The position numbers and the translations under genes were made by a program. DNA of 64,000 bases from Deltaproteobacteria bacterium (GTDB lineage Bacteria > Myxococcota_A > Polyangia > Polyangiales > Houyiibacteriaceae). Below are positions 1 through 10,173 of the stretch, in pieces (position 1 is the stretch's first letter; every line of letters starts with the position of its first letter). The stretch is from contig JAXMNT010000023.1 in NCBI GenBank assembly GCA_034670305.1, positions 47,986-111,985 of the forward strand, in the 5' to 3' direction. A model generated the notes under the pieces. It saw nothing but the letters and a program-made list of their open reading frames with translations. It had not been told where the DNA came from and did not search any database.

Positions 1-2
1 CC

Positions 3-242
3 TGCCCGGCCGGCTGCGTGGGCGGCGCCGGCGTCGCGCGCTGCGCCACCGAGATCCCCGACGCGGGCCCTGCGCCCGATGCCGGCATGCCCACCGACGC
101 CTTCGTGCCCGAAGACGCATTCGTCGCGCCGCCATCGGTGGGCCGCGTCATCGGTGGCTGTGGCTGCCGCACCGAAGGCAGCCCGACCACCGCCTTGTGG
201 TGGCTCCTCGCTGCCGTGTGCCTCCGCCGCCGCGTTCGCTAG
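3..242 (+). CDS. 3' end of a MYXO-CTERM sorting-signal surface protein (5' truncated by window)
   Basis: PDAG/EDA linker, then GGCGCR, a hydrophobic stretch (ALWWLLAAVCL) and a basic tail RRRVR. Confidence 0.75.
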   Translation, partial: CPAGCVGGAGVARCATEIPDAGPAPDAGMPTDAFVPEDAFVAPPSVGRVIGGCGCRTEGSPTTALWWLLAAVCLRRRVR

Positions 243-326
243 GAAGCTGCCAGAGCCGCAAGAAAGAAAGTCGCGCCAGTCGACGCGGTACTGCGTTCAG
301 TAGGTGAACGGATGGTAGGAGGCACT

Positions 327-1352
327 ATGCGATGGACGACGATGTGCGGTGCGCTCTTGTGGGCGTGTGGTTCGGGGGGTGCTGCGATCCCGGAGGCAAC
401 CGGGGAGACGACCTCGGGCGGTGACGCCGACCGAGTTGCACACGCGGTGCCGCCCGAGGCGCAGGAGCCCACCATCGAGTGCGCCAGCGGACCCGCGCGC
501 ACAGCAGAAACGCGGTGGGTGCGTGGACTGCGGGACCGGGGCAGTGGCATCAGCACCAGCGTGACCCATGGAGATACATGGTTGCCGGAAGTCGAGGGGA
601 TCGAAGCGGCCTTCGCGGCGGTCACCCCGGAAGACACGGTGGTTCGCCATCGCGGGGAGATCCGGTTCCTGGACCTGCGCGACGAAGAGAACTGGGCCTT
701 GCTCGCGCAGATTCGCAGTGCCGTGACAGTGCTTGTGCCGACCCAGCTTCTCGACGACCCCGCGCGCGCGGCCTCCTTGCACGCACTCAGCGCGTGTCAG
801 GACGTGCTGGTGCAGGCGGAGTGGAACGATGCATCCGACGTCGAGGGGTTGCGCACGCTGACCCACATCGTCGGGCTGCAAATCGCTTCGACGGCCGACA
901 CGCGCGGTCCCACCATTCGCTCGGAGCAGATGCGGCGTCTCGCCGGGCTTCGGGATCTGCGGCTCCTGGCGTTCACCAACGTGGGCAACTACATCGAAGA
1001 CTGGATCGCCCAGTTCGTCCACCTGCGCACGTTCTTTCGCGGCACTTGTTCGGTATGCGACTACCTGAATGACGAGGGGCTCGGGCACATCGCTGCGCTG
1101 CCACGGATCGAATCCGTGTCGGCGCGCGGTTTCGCCCTCACCGACGCGGGCGTGGCGCACTTCGCGAATGCGCCCAACCTGCGAACCTTGCACCTCTTTG
1201 GTGACGGACTCACCCGCGCCGCGGTCGAGGCGGTGGGCAACCCGCCCAACCTCGAGGTCCTGTATTTGTACTCGAGCTCCGAGGAAGAACAGGAGCCGCT
1301 TCGGGCGAACCTGCAAGCGTGGATCGACGCGCACCCGCCCGCCGACCCCTGA
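327..1352 (+). CDS. Lipoprotein with leucine-rich repeats
   Basis: AGGAGG before ATG 327; lipobox-like LLWAC; LRR-type repeats (LRDLRLL, LTDAGVAHF, PNLRTLHL, PNLEVLYL). Confidence 0.7.
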   Translation: MRWTTMCGALLWACGSGGAAIPEATGETTSGGDADRVAHAVPPEAQEPTIECASGPARTAETRWVRGLRDRGSGISTSVTHGDTWLPEVEGIEAAFAAVTPEDTVVRHRGEIRFLDLRDEENWALLAQIRSAVTVLVPTQLLDDPARAASLHALSACQDVLVQAEWNDASDVEGLRTLTHIVGLQIASTADTRGPTIRSEQMRRLAGLRDLRLLAFTNVGNYIEDWIAQFVHLRTFFRGTCSVCDYLNDEGLGHIAALPRIESVSARGFALTDAGVAHFANAPNLRTLHLFGDGLTRAAVEAVGNPPNLEVLYLYSSSEEEQEPLRANLQAWIDAHPPADP

Positions 1353-1362
1353 CGCTTGCCAA

Positions 1363-1394
1363 GGCCGCGAGTCTCGCGACGCGAGCCAGGCCCG
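1363..1394. repeat. 32-bp REP-like dispersed repeat, copy 1
   Basis: 30/32 identical to 12584-12615; just downstream of a stop codon; internal CTCGC-GAC-GCGAG hairpin. Confidence 0.65.
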
Positions 1395-1507
1395 CGGTGG
1401 CACGAAGATCGTGCGTGGCGAATCGTCACGGGTGGGGCGAAGGGTCCGGGTCTCGGTGCGTTTGTCCCTGTTTTTACGGCGGAATGGGGTTTGCACCAAT
1501 TCTCCCC

Positions 1508-2104
1508 ATGACAGATTCCAACCACACTCACTTCGTTTGCGCCGTCGGCAGCGAAGACGACCTGCCGGTCATGCGCGAAGCGTACCGGCTGGCGCGCCAC
1601 TACGACGACGCGACCGTACACCTCGTCCACGTCATCTCGACTGCGGACGGATTCGATGCCCGCGGCGCCAACCTGGCGGAGCTGGACGAACGACTTCGAA
1701 TGTCGCGTGCGCACCTCTGGCAACTGCATGAACGTGCCGCGGGTTCCGCTGGCACACCCTTCGGGGTGCACGTCGACGTGCGGATTGGAGAGCGCGAGGA
1801 CGCGTTGATCCAAGCCGCTGACAGTTTGGCCGCGCAGGTCTTGTTGGTCGGTTGCCCGCCCGATGATCCCGCTGGCTACATGGCCTGGCATCCGACCTTG
1901 ACCGCCCGTCTCTCGTTCGCGGCACCGTGTTCGGTGTTGGTCGTCCGCCCCAACGAGACGCGCGATGTGCCGAAGCCGGTCGTCCAGCCGCCGCCCGCAC
2001 CGGGCGTGCACGAACGCGAGATCGAAACCATTCACACCTACCGCGGCGGACGCGTGGGTGAACAGCGCGCAAGCGTAGGAGGCACGTTTGGCAAACCTGC
2101 ATGA
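1508..2104 (+). CDS. Universal stress protein (Usp) domain protein
   Basis: N-terminal FVCAVG strand, VHLVHV, VRIGEREDALIQAA, VLLVG and APCSVLVVRP Usp motifs. Confidence 0.75.
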   Translation: MTDSNHTHFVCAVGSEDDLPVMREAYRLARHYDDATVHLVHVISTADGFDARGANLAELDERLRMSRAHLWQLHERAAGSAGTPFGVHVDVRIGEREDALIQAADSLAAQVLLVGCPPDDPAGYMAWHPTLTARLSFAAPCSVLVVRPNETRDVPKPVVQPPPAPGVHEREIETIHTYRGGRVGEQRASVGGTFGKPA

Positions 2105-2280
2105 ACTCGTGAGCTTCGGAAGGCTCGGTTGGCTCTTCTTCGAACAGGACCTCCGCCGACGGATCGTACGGCGGCGGAGGCACCGAACCGTCGATCCCGA
2201 CGCGCGCGATCCGCCTACGCCGACTCTGCGACTTCCCAGACGGCACCGTGGACCCCACGGGGTCGCTTTCGTTTTGGTGC

Positions 2281-2523
2281 TCAGGCCAGTTGTTTGCGCA
2301 CCGGGCGGCGGGCCAACCGGAACGCGAGCCAGAGGGCCACTGCCCCGGCGAGAGAAAGGACCACCGCCACGAGGGTCGGACCCGCCGTGTCGACCCTGGA
2401 GAGGTCGACGTCGCTGACGTCGGAGAAGGCCCGGAAGGTCAGGATGCCAAAGCCGTAGACCAACCCGACACCGAGGGAGGCGAGGCCGAGGCCGGCGACG
2501 GAGACTACGCCGAGCCACTTCAT
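2281..2523 (-). CDS. Small membrane protein (2 TM)
   Basis: MKWLGVV... with two hydrophobic segments; ATGA overlap with the upstream ORF. Confidence 0.5.
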   Translation of the reverse strand: MKWLGVVSVAGLGLASLGVGLVYGFGILTFRAFSDVSDVDLSRVDTAGPTLVAVVLSLAGAVALWLAFRLARRPVRKQLA

Positions 2524-2897
2524 GACGGCGCTCGCGTCCTGGCGGCGAATGTGAACGCCACCAGGCTCACCCCGAGCTGAAGGCCCCGGAACGGCAAGAG
2601 CACCGCCGCGACCAGCAGCGCAGCCCACAGCGCATCTCGAATCCACAGGACCGCGACGCCGCAGAGCAAGACCATCCAGGCGAGCTGGGCGGCGCGGAAC
2701 CACAGCACCCTGCGTTGGCTCGCGCGGATGTCGAGCACCAGCAGCACCGTGAGCACCAAGGGTGAGGCGAGGTAGGCCCAGGTCAGTGCGGAGACGTTGG
2801 GATGGGTGAAGAGCAGGGCGCTGAGCCCCACCTCCATGAGGACGACGAGGCCGAGAAGCGCTCGCGCGGTCTTGGCGTGGTTGGCGGGATGGGTCAT
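2520..2897 (-). CDS. Small membrane protein (~4 TM)
   Basis: MTHPANH... highly hydrophobic; stop overlaps the next start. Confidence 0.5.
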   Translation of the reverse strand: MTHPANHAKTARALLGLVVLMEVGLSALLFTHPNVSALTWAYLASPLVLTVLLVLDIRASQRRVLWFRAAQLAWMVLLCGVAVLWIRDALWAALLVAAVLLPFRGLQLGVSLVAFTFAARTRAPS

Positions 2898-3001
2898 GCG
2901 CCCTTGGATGAGCCTGGCGGGCACCCGCTGGAAGGGGGCAAAAACGCCCCCCCCTCGCGAAGAGGGATGGCCCCCGTCGGCCCGCCGTGCATGATCGGCC
3001 C

Positions 3002-3967
3002 ATGGCGGCGCTGGACACGCGGGTGCTGATGGAGGTGATGCTCGAGCGCTTCGGAGAGACCCTCGGGGCACTCGCCACCGCGGGCGGGCGTCGGGAGTCG
3101 CTCGCCCGGGCCGAGGGGCTGCTCTTCCTCCACACCACCGAGGCGCTCCGACGCCAGGGGCTCAGCGCCAAAGTCCTCACCGACCTCTTCGGCTTCGCCT
3201 CGCTGACGAGCCTTCGTCGAAAGCTGCGCAAGATCCGCGAAGCACGCTTGGACGACACCCGCTCGCTGCGACAGTTCATCCTCGGCCGCGTCGCCGAGCG
3301 GGGTGCCACCCGCGCCTCACTCCTCGCCGAGCTCGAGACGCGCGACTCGGCCATCGTGCGGGGACTCATCCGCGACCTGATGGCGGAGGGTGTGCTGCAG
3401 GAGTCGGGTGCCGAGGGGCTCGAGCTCGCGCGCGCCACGCCCGAAGCCGACCTCTCGGCGGCTGCGCTCGAGCAGCTCGTCCACGTCCTCGTCGGCGAAC
3501 GCTCGAGGACCGAGGCGGAACTCGAACAGTGTCTGGGCGTGTCGCGCGAACGGGTGACCGCCGCGGCCGAGCGGCTGGTCTCGCTCGGCGTGGCGGAGCG
3601 GCACGGTGAGAGCCTGCGGTCCGGCACGAGCTGGGACCTCTTCCCAGCCTACGAGACCGACGCCGCCACGACCGGGCTCATGCATCACTTCCACGGCGTG
3701 TGTCGCGCGATCGTCGGCACCGTCCGCAAGTGGGACGAATTCGAGAGCCCGGCCGGGCTCGTGCCGCCGGCGGTGATCACTGCGACCTTCGAGGTCACCG
3801 CGGACGACCCGCTGCGAGCCGAGCTCCTCGGCGCCCACGAGCGGTTCTGCGCTGAGATCCGCGCGCTCTACGAACGCCACCAGGCCGAGGGCGCGACCGG
3901 TGCCTGCACCACCCGCATCACCCTCTACGCCGGCACCGCCGTTGACCCGATCCCGCCGACCGAGTGA
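3002..3967 (+). CDS. Uncharacterised helix-turn-helix/winged-helix protein, probable regulator
   Basis: HTH-like segments (GLSAKVLTDLFG; RTEAELEQCLGVSRERVTAAAERLVSLGVA). Confidence 0.55.
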   Translation: MAALDTRVLMEVMLERFGETLGALATAGGRRESLARAEGLLFLHTTEALRRQGLSAKVLTDLFGFASLTSLRRKLRKIREARLDDTRSLRQFILGRVAERGATRASLLAELETRDSAIVRGLIRDLMAEGVLQESGAEGLELARATPEADLSAAALEQLVHVLVGERSRTEAELEQCLGVSRERVTAAAERLVSLGVAERHGESLRSGTSWDLFPAYETDAATTGLMHHFHGVCRAIVGTVRKWDEFESPAGLVPPAVITATFEVTADDPLRAELLGAHERFCAEIRALYERHQAEGATGACTTRITLYAGTAVDPIPPTE

Positions 3968-3976
3968 ACGCGAGCG

Positions 3977-6307
3977 CTAGCGCGAGCCGGCGGCATCCAC
4001 CAAGCGAGCGAGAAAACCTTCTTCCAATACGTCGAGCTGCTCCCGGGCCGCCTCCTGGATCCGACGGGGCGCGCCGGTGCCGACGATGCGAAACCCGCCG
4101 GCCTCATCGATCCGTGAATACATCGCCGACGCGCGATTCCCCCGCATCTGGGCTCGGAGCGTGTGGAGTGCCTCGATCGTGGATGAACGACCCTCGCGCG
4201 CGCTCCACCAGAACGCTGGCGCGAGCGATTCGATGTGTGCGATCGCTTCGGCGACTCGATCGGGCCGAGCTCGCTCCTGCTGAAGAAGCGCAAAGTCGAT
4301 CCACGCGCCAAGCCGGGCCGGCTGGGCCTGCACCGCGCGCGAGAGGTCGGCCTCGGCGGCGTCCAAGTCGCCTCGAGCGAGAAAGAGCTCGCCCCGATAG
4401 CAGTACGTGGCCTCGGCTTCGAGGTACGTGTAGTCCTCCAGCCCTTCTCTCCAATGGGCGAGCGCCAGTTCGTGCTCCCCGAGGAACAAGGCGGCGGCGC
4501 CGTAGCCGACGTATCCCCAGCGGGTCCGCGTCTCGCGCCAGAGCCGACCGAACAGCTCGTAGGCGCGCTCGTAGTCGCCGAGCCAAAGTAGGATCTCGGC
4601 GGCGTACGTTTGGTAGAAGGGCACGTTGGGGTGGGCGCTGGCGAGCTCCTGAAATTCGGCGAGCACGTCTTCTACGGGGCGACGCAGCAGCGTCTCTTGC
4701 AGCTGCTCGGCGCGCCGCCGGGAGGAGCTCAAGCCGTCCTCCCAGCGAAGCACGCCACCCCGCACCGTGGTGATCGTTTCGCTTCGATTGCCACCCAGCA
4801 ACGAGAGCGCCTGGCGCAGCGCCTTCAGTGCTTCGGCGTGGGTGGGTTCACTCGGTGGAGCGGCGGCTTGGAGGAGCGCGCGCAGAAGCTCATCGACGAT
4901 GAACCAGTTCCGATCGCGAACGCGCCGGCCGGGCGTGCGTTCTTCTTCAAGCAGCGCACGCACGAGCTGCCACGCCACTTGGTCGCCGAGGGACACCTCG
5001 CAGATCGCGAGGCACGCTTCGTCCAGTCGACCGAGGGCTCCGAGGACTTCCGCTCGCCAGAGCCGGGCGTGTTGATCGTCGGGATCGAGGCGGAGCGCGT
5101 GCTCCAGGTGTTCCAGCGCCAGGTCCGGCTCGCCGCACACATGGTGGGCCGCGCCACGCAGACGATGCAGGTGGGACGAGGGCGCGCCTTCGACCCGGGG
5201 CGCGAGCAGGTCCCTCGCATCCTTCGGCGCGTTTCTCCACAGCAGCAGCGTCGCCAGCACCAGCGCGACGCGGTCGTGATTCGTCTCGTCGGAGGGCGCT
5301 CGCAACAAAGACTGCAGCGTCGTTTCCGCCCGGCGAAAATCGCCCGCGGCGATTCGAGCTTCCGCGCATGCCAGCAGCTCGTCGGCGCTCTGCGCCGTCT
5401 CCTCCATGACCTCCGCCGCACGCATGGCGGCGGATCGATTGCGCGATGTGGCCGCCATCCGCGCGACGTGGTGCGCGCGACGAAACGCAAGATCGCGCCG
5501 GCCCTCGGAGAGCGGGAGTGCGCGTACGAGGCAGTCGATCGCGTCGTTCCGGTGGCCGAGTCGGTCGAGCAGTTGTGCGGACTCGAACGCGCCGGGCGCG
5601 CCTCCATCGTCTGCGGCCGCCATCGCGAGCGATCGGGCCGCGCTCACATCGCCGCAGAGGGCAGCGCGCAGTGCGCCGACCACGCGTGCCGAGCGGTCGC
5701 CCCGTTCACTCGGCACGCACCCGAGCGCCTCCGCGAACCGGCCGGCGGCCAGCAGCAGTCCCCAACGAAGCTCGTCCGCATCGGCCACCGCGGGGGGCGG
5801 GACCGTCGACTCGTCAGCACGATGTTTCTTGGGGGCACAGCCCCCAAACCCCGTCCCGGTGACACGGCTTGCTCGCTTTGCTCGGCTTCGCCGCGTCGAA
5901 TGTTCGGCGGAGCGCGTGAGGAGCGCGTCGGCGGCGGCGAGCGCGGGCTCGCATGGTTCCATGCCGCCAAGCGATGGGAGCGAGCGGAGCGTGCGGTGAA
6001 ACTGGACGGTCGCCTCCAGCCATCGGATCGCTTCGGGCGACTTCCGCAGCTGGCGTCGCACGGCGTGCGCCAGTCGTTTCAAATCGGTGGCGTCGGGCCC
6101 CCACCGCTCGCTGACCTTGGCGGGCGGCGAGAGTCCGACCAAGAACCACCGCTCCTGCGGAGCCTGGTAGAGAAACTCGACCCGGCCTTCGCGCAGATAG
6201 ACGGCCTCGGGTCGGAGCCCTCGTGGCCATCGCGCCAGCCAGGCGGGAAGCGCCAAACGAATCCTCCTCGAAGGGCGCCCTCGGTCCTCTCGCATCGGCC
6301 CGAACAT
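3977..6307 (-). CDS. Tetratricopeptide-repeat protein
   Basis: Multiple TPR motifs (ALEHLEHALRLDPDD, YCYRGELFLARGDLDAAEADLSRA); start uncertain. Confidence 0.75.
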   Translation of the reverse strand: MFGPMREDRGRPSRRIRLALPAWLARWPRGLRPEAVYLREGRVEFLYQAPQERWFLVGLSPPAKVSERWGPDATDLKRLAHAVRRQLRKSPEAIRWLEATVQFHRTLRSLPSLGGMEPCEPALAAADALLTRSAEHSTRRSRAKRASRVTGTGFGGCAPKKHRADESTVPPPAVADADELRWGLLLAAGRFAEALGCVPSERGDRSARVVGALRAALCGDVSAARSLAMAAADDGGAPGAFESAQLLDRLGHRNDAIDCLVRALPLSEGRRDLAFRRAHHVARMAATSRNRSAAMRAAEVMEETAQSADELLACAEARIAAGDFRRAETTLQSLLRAPSDETNHDRVALVLATLLLWRNAPKDARDLLAPRVEGAPSSHLHRLRGAAHHVCGEPDLALEHLEHALRLDPDDQHARLWRAEVLGALGRLDEACLAICEVSLGDQVAWQLVRALLEEERTPGRRVRDRNWFIVDELLRALLQAAAPPSEPTHAEALKALRQALSLLGGNRSETITTVRGGVLRWEDGLSSSRRRAEQLQETLLRRPVEDVLAEFQELASAHPNVPFYQTYAAEILLWLGDYERAYELFGRLWRETRTRWGYVGYGAAALFLGEHELALAHWREGLEDYTYLEAEATYCYRGELFLARGDLDAAEADLSRAVQAQPARLGAWIDFALLQQERARPDRVAEAIAHIESLAPAFWWSAREGRSSTIEALHTLRAQMRGNRASAMYSRIDEAGGFRIVGTGAPRRIQEAAREQLDVLEEGFLARLVDAAGSR
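5826..5878. repeat. 53-bp palindromic dispersed repeat lying in-frame within the TPR ORF
   Basis: 51/53 identical to the reverse complement of 39881-39933; core hairpin TTGGGGGC-ACA-GCCCCCAA. Confidence 0.8.
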
Positions 6308-6385
6308 ACATGAGCTTGCTGGAAGGTCCGGACGCGATTCGGCTCGGGTCGTCCAACGGGGGCTCTGTGAATCCGGTGACTGGGC

Positions 6386-7651
6386 CTACTGCCGCATCCA
6401 ACACCGGGCCTCTTGAACGACGCTGAAGGGCGTGCAGAACATGGAGTTGGTCTCGCAACGCCGACCTGCCGGCGCGCTGACGTAGCACGGGCTCTCGGCC
6501 GAGCCTCCCACGTCGCTGTCGAAGTGCCCGCCTTTGCCATCGAGGAGAAGCAGAAGCGCGAACGCGAACCAAAGGGCCACGTGGAACCGGTTGTGCTTGG
6601 GGTCGAGTGGGTTCGACCAGCCGGTTCGGCGGCCAAGCCAGGCGCCCATCCGCCCGCCCCATGCGTCGAAACGCAGGGCGAGGAGATTGACCACGGGCAG
6701 GAACGCGACCTTGGACCAAAAGTCGCTGTGACCCGTGGCGAAGAGCGCGGCTTGCAGCGCCACCATACCCAGCGCCACAGCAACGCCGAAGAGGACCCGT
6801 CCAGGCTGGGTCTTCGGCATGGTCGACGGGTCCGTGATGAGAAGACACAGGACCACCGTGACCGGCGCAAACACCGGACCGATGCTCTCGGTCAGCGAAA
6901 AGACCCAGGGCACCACCACCAAGGTCAGGCTGGCGGCCAGAGTCACGAGGACGATCGGCACCCGCAACTGAACGATCAGCGCGAGCACCAGGACGAGCTC
7001 GACGATGTTGGGCGGAGACGCGAACTCGTGGGCGAAGTCCGGGGTCGAGTGGACGAAGCCGAGATCCAGGATGGCCATCGCCATGAGTCCCACCGCCGAG
7101 GGGTTGAACACGGGCCGGCCATCTCGTTGAACGAAGTGCTTCGTCGCCAGTCCGAGAAAAACTCCAACCGAGCCCATCCACCAGTCCGAGCCAGAGTACT
7201 GCGCGAGCAGGTAGGTACTCAGCACGACCGGCAAAGGGCCTGCGCCCGCGCGCCACGTTCCGCGCGCCAACACGGACAGCGCCATGTCCGCGGGGAAGCT
7301 GAGCACCAAGAGTATCGTCACCGTCGGGATGAACTGGCGTCCGGTCGGCCAGTGCGCGAACCAATAGGCGAAGATGACAACCTGCAGCATGGCGGGCAGC
7401 AGGTGGGTGATCTTGAATCGCCAGGTGACGTCGACTTGCTGTTGGCGCCAGATCACCACCACAAGGGTCACGACGACCACCGTCGTCACGAACTGCAGGC
7501 TGGTCAGAAGTTGCTGGAACGCGAAGTCGTCGAAGAGCGCACCGATGGCAGGCACCTCGGCCACGGCCAGCACCGACGTGAACAAGAGGAGGGCGCTTGC
7601 CAGAAGGATGGGTCGGCCCTCGACAACCCGCTTCTGGTCCGCGTCGTTCAC
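6386..7651 (-). CDS. RnfD/NqrB-like polytopic membrane protein
   Basis: Many TM helices; TKHF...VFNPSAVG and ITDPSTMP motifs typical of RnfD-like (UnbU-like) proteins; start uncertain. Confidence 0.6.
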   Translation of the reverse strand: MNDADQKRVVEGRPILLASALLLFTSVLAVAEVPAIGALFDDFAFQQLLTSLQFVTTVVVVTLVVVIWRQQQVDVTWRFKITHLLPAMLQVVIFAYWFAHWPTGRQFIPTVTILLVLSFPADMALSVLARGTWRAGAGPLPVVLSTYLLAQYSGSDWWMGSVGVFLGLATKHFVQRDGRPVFNPSAVGLMAMAILDLGFVHSTPDFAHEFASPPNIVELVLVLALIVQLRVPIVLVTLAASLTLVVVPWVFSLTESIGPVFAPVTVVLCLLITDPSTMPKTQPGRVLFGVAVALGMVALQAALFATGHSDFWSKVAFLPVVNLLALRFDAWGGRMGAWLGRRTGWSNPLDPKHNRFHVALWFAFALLLLLDGKGGHFDSDVGGSAESPCYVSAPAGRRCETNSMFCTPFSVVQEARCWMRQ

Positions 7652-7750
7652 TTCGCTCAAGGCCCGAGTATCACACGGGGCGTTTCGATGGCGGAACGCC
7701 AAGCCAAGCACGCGTGCGCGCTCGGAATCGTGCCCGCGTGCGCGATCCGC

Positions 7751-8839
7751 CTACTCCTCGGAGGTGTCCGCGCCGTCCCCATCGTCGCCCGCGTCTTCGT
7801 GCAGCGGCACGCGCGCGGGGAGCTGGCGGTAGGCATACACGAAGTACGACGCCCCGAGCAGCACGCCGGGGATCCACCAGTAGAGCGCGACCGTGAGCGC
7901 GTGCGTGAGGTTCGCTGCATCGCTCAAGTGCAGCGAGCGCTCGGGGATCCGCGCCAAGAGCACGTATGGAAAGATCGCGTAGGCCGCGCTCCCGATCAAG
8001 AACGCGATCCACGCGGCGCTCGCCCGGAACGCCCGCGCCCACCGTTGGGTCCGAATCGCATGGCCGAGCACGGCGAGACTCACCGCGCCGAGGGCCGGGA
8101 ACACGATCCCCACAGGGCGCGCCCCGAGGTTGTGCGTGAGGTTCGGTTGCACCCAGGCGGTCGCACCGGTGAGCGCGACGGTCAGCACCAGCGCGGCCAC
8201 GTAGAGTCTCTTGGCGTCGTTGGCGGCCCGCCCAGCCACCACGCCTTCCAATCGACTCGCGAGCCACAGCGCACCATGGAGCGCGAGGACCGCGACGGTG
8301 GTCAGCCCGCAGAGCACGGTGAACACATCGAGTACGCCGGTCTGGCCCTCGGCCCCGGGCGCCGGCCAGAACACGTCGCTCCAGAGTGGCGCGAAGAAGA
8401 TGCCCTCTTCGTCGAGCGACACCCCACGCACCACGTTGCCGAGCGCGGCGCCGAGCCCGAACGCCAAGAGCGCACTCGCCACCGCGAACGAAGTGTCCCA
8501 CAAGCGGTCGAAGAGCCGGTGCGGCATCAGGTGGCGCATCTCGATGCCGAGCGCTCGAAATACGAGCAGCCAGAGCACCATCATCAAGGGTAGGTAGAAC
8601 CCGCTGAACGCCACGCCGAAGAGTCTCGGGAACGCGAGAAAGAGCGTGGCGCCGCCGACCACGATCCAGACCTCGTTGCCGTCCCACACCGGGCCGATGG
8701 AGCGGAGCACCTGGCGCCGCTCGTCGTCGGTCTTGGCCACCCGCAGATGCAGGATGCCGACGCCGAGATCGAATCCGTCGAGCACCGCGTAGGCGATGAG
8801 CGGAAGGGCGGCGAGCACGAACCAGGTCGTTTCGAGCAT
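7751..8839 (-). CDS. cydB: Cytochrome bd ubiquinol oxidase subunit II
   Basis: YAVLDGFDLGVG and IGPVWDGNEVW motifs; start abuts the cydA stop. Confidence 0.95.
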   Translation of the reverse strand: MLETTWFVLAALPLIAYAVLDGFDLGVGILHLRVAKTDDERRQVLRSIGPVWDGNEVWIVVGGATLFLAFPRLFGVAFSGFYLPLMMVLWLLVFRALGIEMRHLMPHRLFDRLWDTSFAVASALLAFGLGAALGNVVRGVSLDEEGIFFAPLWSDVFWPAPGAEGQTGVLDVFTVLCGLTTVAVLALHGALWLASRLEGVVAGRAANDAKRLYVAALVLTVALTGATAWVQPNLTHNLGARPVGIVFPALGAVSLAVLGHAIRTQRWARAFRASAAWIAFLIGSAAYAIFPYVLLARIPERSLHLSDAANLTHALTVALYWWIPGVLLGASYFVYAYRQLPARVPLHEDAGDDGDGADTSEE

Positions 8840-10173
8840 CAGTGCGACTCCGATGCCGAGCCAGTCGCGGGGCCCTTTTGGACGATCTTCACGAGCGCCA
8901 AGATGTAGACCAGCGAGAGCAACGCGTAGAGCCCCATGAAGCCGAGCAGTGTGAACAGCGTGTTGCCGCCCGACACCTGCAGCGAGGTGCCGTCGGCGGT
9001 GCGCATGACGCCATGAATCAGCCACGGCTGCCGCCCGAGCTCCGAGGTCATCCAGCCGGCCGTGTTGGCGATGAACGGGAAGGGCGTTGCGATCAAAAGC
9101 GCCCAGAGCAGAAGCCGCTTCTTGCGGAGCGTGCCGCGTTTGAGGAAGAACGCGGCCAGCACCATGAGCGCCATGAACATGGTCCCGAGCCCCACCATCA
9201 CGTGGTAGGCGTAGTAGAGCAGCGGCACGTTGTCGGGCCACTCCGCGCGCGGGTACTCGTTCAGGCCTTCAATGCGCGACGCCCACCGCTGGTGCGTCAT
9301 GATCGAGAGCATGCGCGGGGCGACGATCGGGTTGTCGATCGTCATCGTCTCCATGTTGGGTTGACCCACGATCACGAGGCCCGCGCCCTCTTCGGTCTCG
9401 AAGTGACCCTCCATCGCAGCGAAGGTGATCGGCTGATGTTCCGCGACCATCTTCGACTGCAGATCGCCGGTGGGCAGCGCGATCGCGATCGAGCTCAGCA
9501 CGCCGGCCACGATGCCCACCTTCAAGAAGAGCGCCGCGTGTTCGCGGTGTTCGTCGAGCAGCGTGTAGTAGGCCCCGATGCCGGTCATCACGAACGACGC
9601 GGTCACCACCGAGCCCACCATCGTGTGCGCGTACTGCACGAAGGCCCACGGGTTGGTGAGGTACGCGGAGAGACTCACGAGCGCGATGGTTCCGTCGTCC
9701 AGGACTTCGTGGCCGACGGGGTGTTGCATGAACGCGTTGGTCACGATGATGAACCAGCCGCTCATCCACGTGCCGACACACACCGCGACCGCGGCCGCGA
9801 AGTGGGCCCGCGCGCTCAGGCGCTTCTCTCCGTAGACCAAGAGCCCGAGGAACGCGGACTCCAGCACGAACGCGAACACGCCCTCCATCGCGAGCGTCTG
9901 CGAGATCACCCCGCCGGACGCTTCGCTGAAGCGCGCCCAGTTGGTCCCGAACTGGAACTCGAGCGGGATGCCGGTGACCACGCCCATCACGAACGCGAGC
10001 GCGAAGACCTTGATCCAGAACCGCGCCGCTTCGTTCGCGCGGACGTTGCCGCGCAGGCCCATGTACTTGAGCACCGCGATCAGGAGCGCGAGCCCCATCG
10101 TCAGCTGGGGAAAGAGGTAGTGGTACGTGATGGTGAACGCGAACTGAAACCGGTGGGCGGTCAGCGCATCCAT
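8839..10173 (-). CDS. cydA: Cytochrome bd ubiquinol oxidase subunit I (short Q-loop)
   Basis: RFQFAFTITYHYLF, GVVTGIPLEFQFGTNW, YHVMVGLG, GWMTSELGRQPW. Confidence 0.95.
   Translation of the reverse strand: MDALTAHRFQFAFTITYHYLFPQLTMGLALLIAVLKYMGLRGNVRANEAARFWIKVFALAFVMGVVTGIPLEFQFGTNWARFSEASGGVISQTLAMEGVFAFVLESAFLGLLVYGEKRLSARAHFAAAVAVCVGTWMSGWFIIVTNAFMQHPVGHEVLDDGTIALVSLSAYLTNPWAFVQYAHTMVGSVVTASFVMTGIGAYYTLLDEHREHAALFLKVGIVAGVLSSIAIALPTGDLQSKMVAEHQPITFAAMEGHFETEEGAGLVIVGQPNMETMTIDNPIVAPRMLSIMTHQRWASRIEGLNEYPRAEWPDNVPLLYYAYHVMVGLGTMFMALMVLAAFFLKRGTLRKKRLLLWALLIATPFPFIANTAGWMTSELGRQPWLIHGVMRTADGTSLQVSGGNTLFTLLGFMGLYALLSLVYILALVKIVQKGPATGSASESH

Noticed and set aside
1398-1413. TGGCAC as a sigma-54 -24 box upstream of the Usp gene
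   Set aside because: No TTGC at the -12 position
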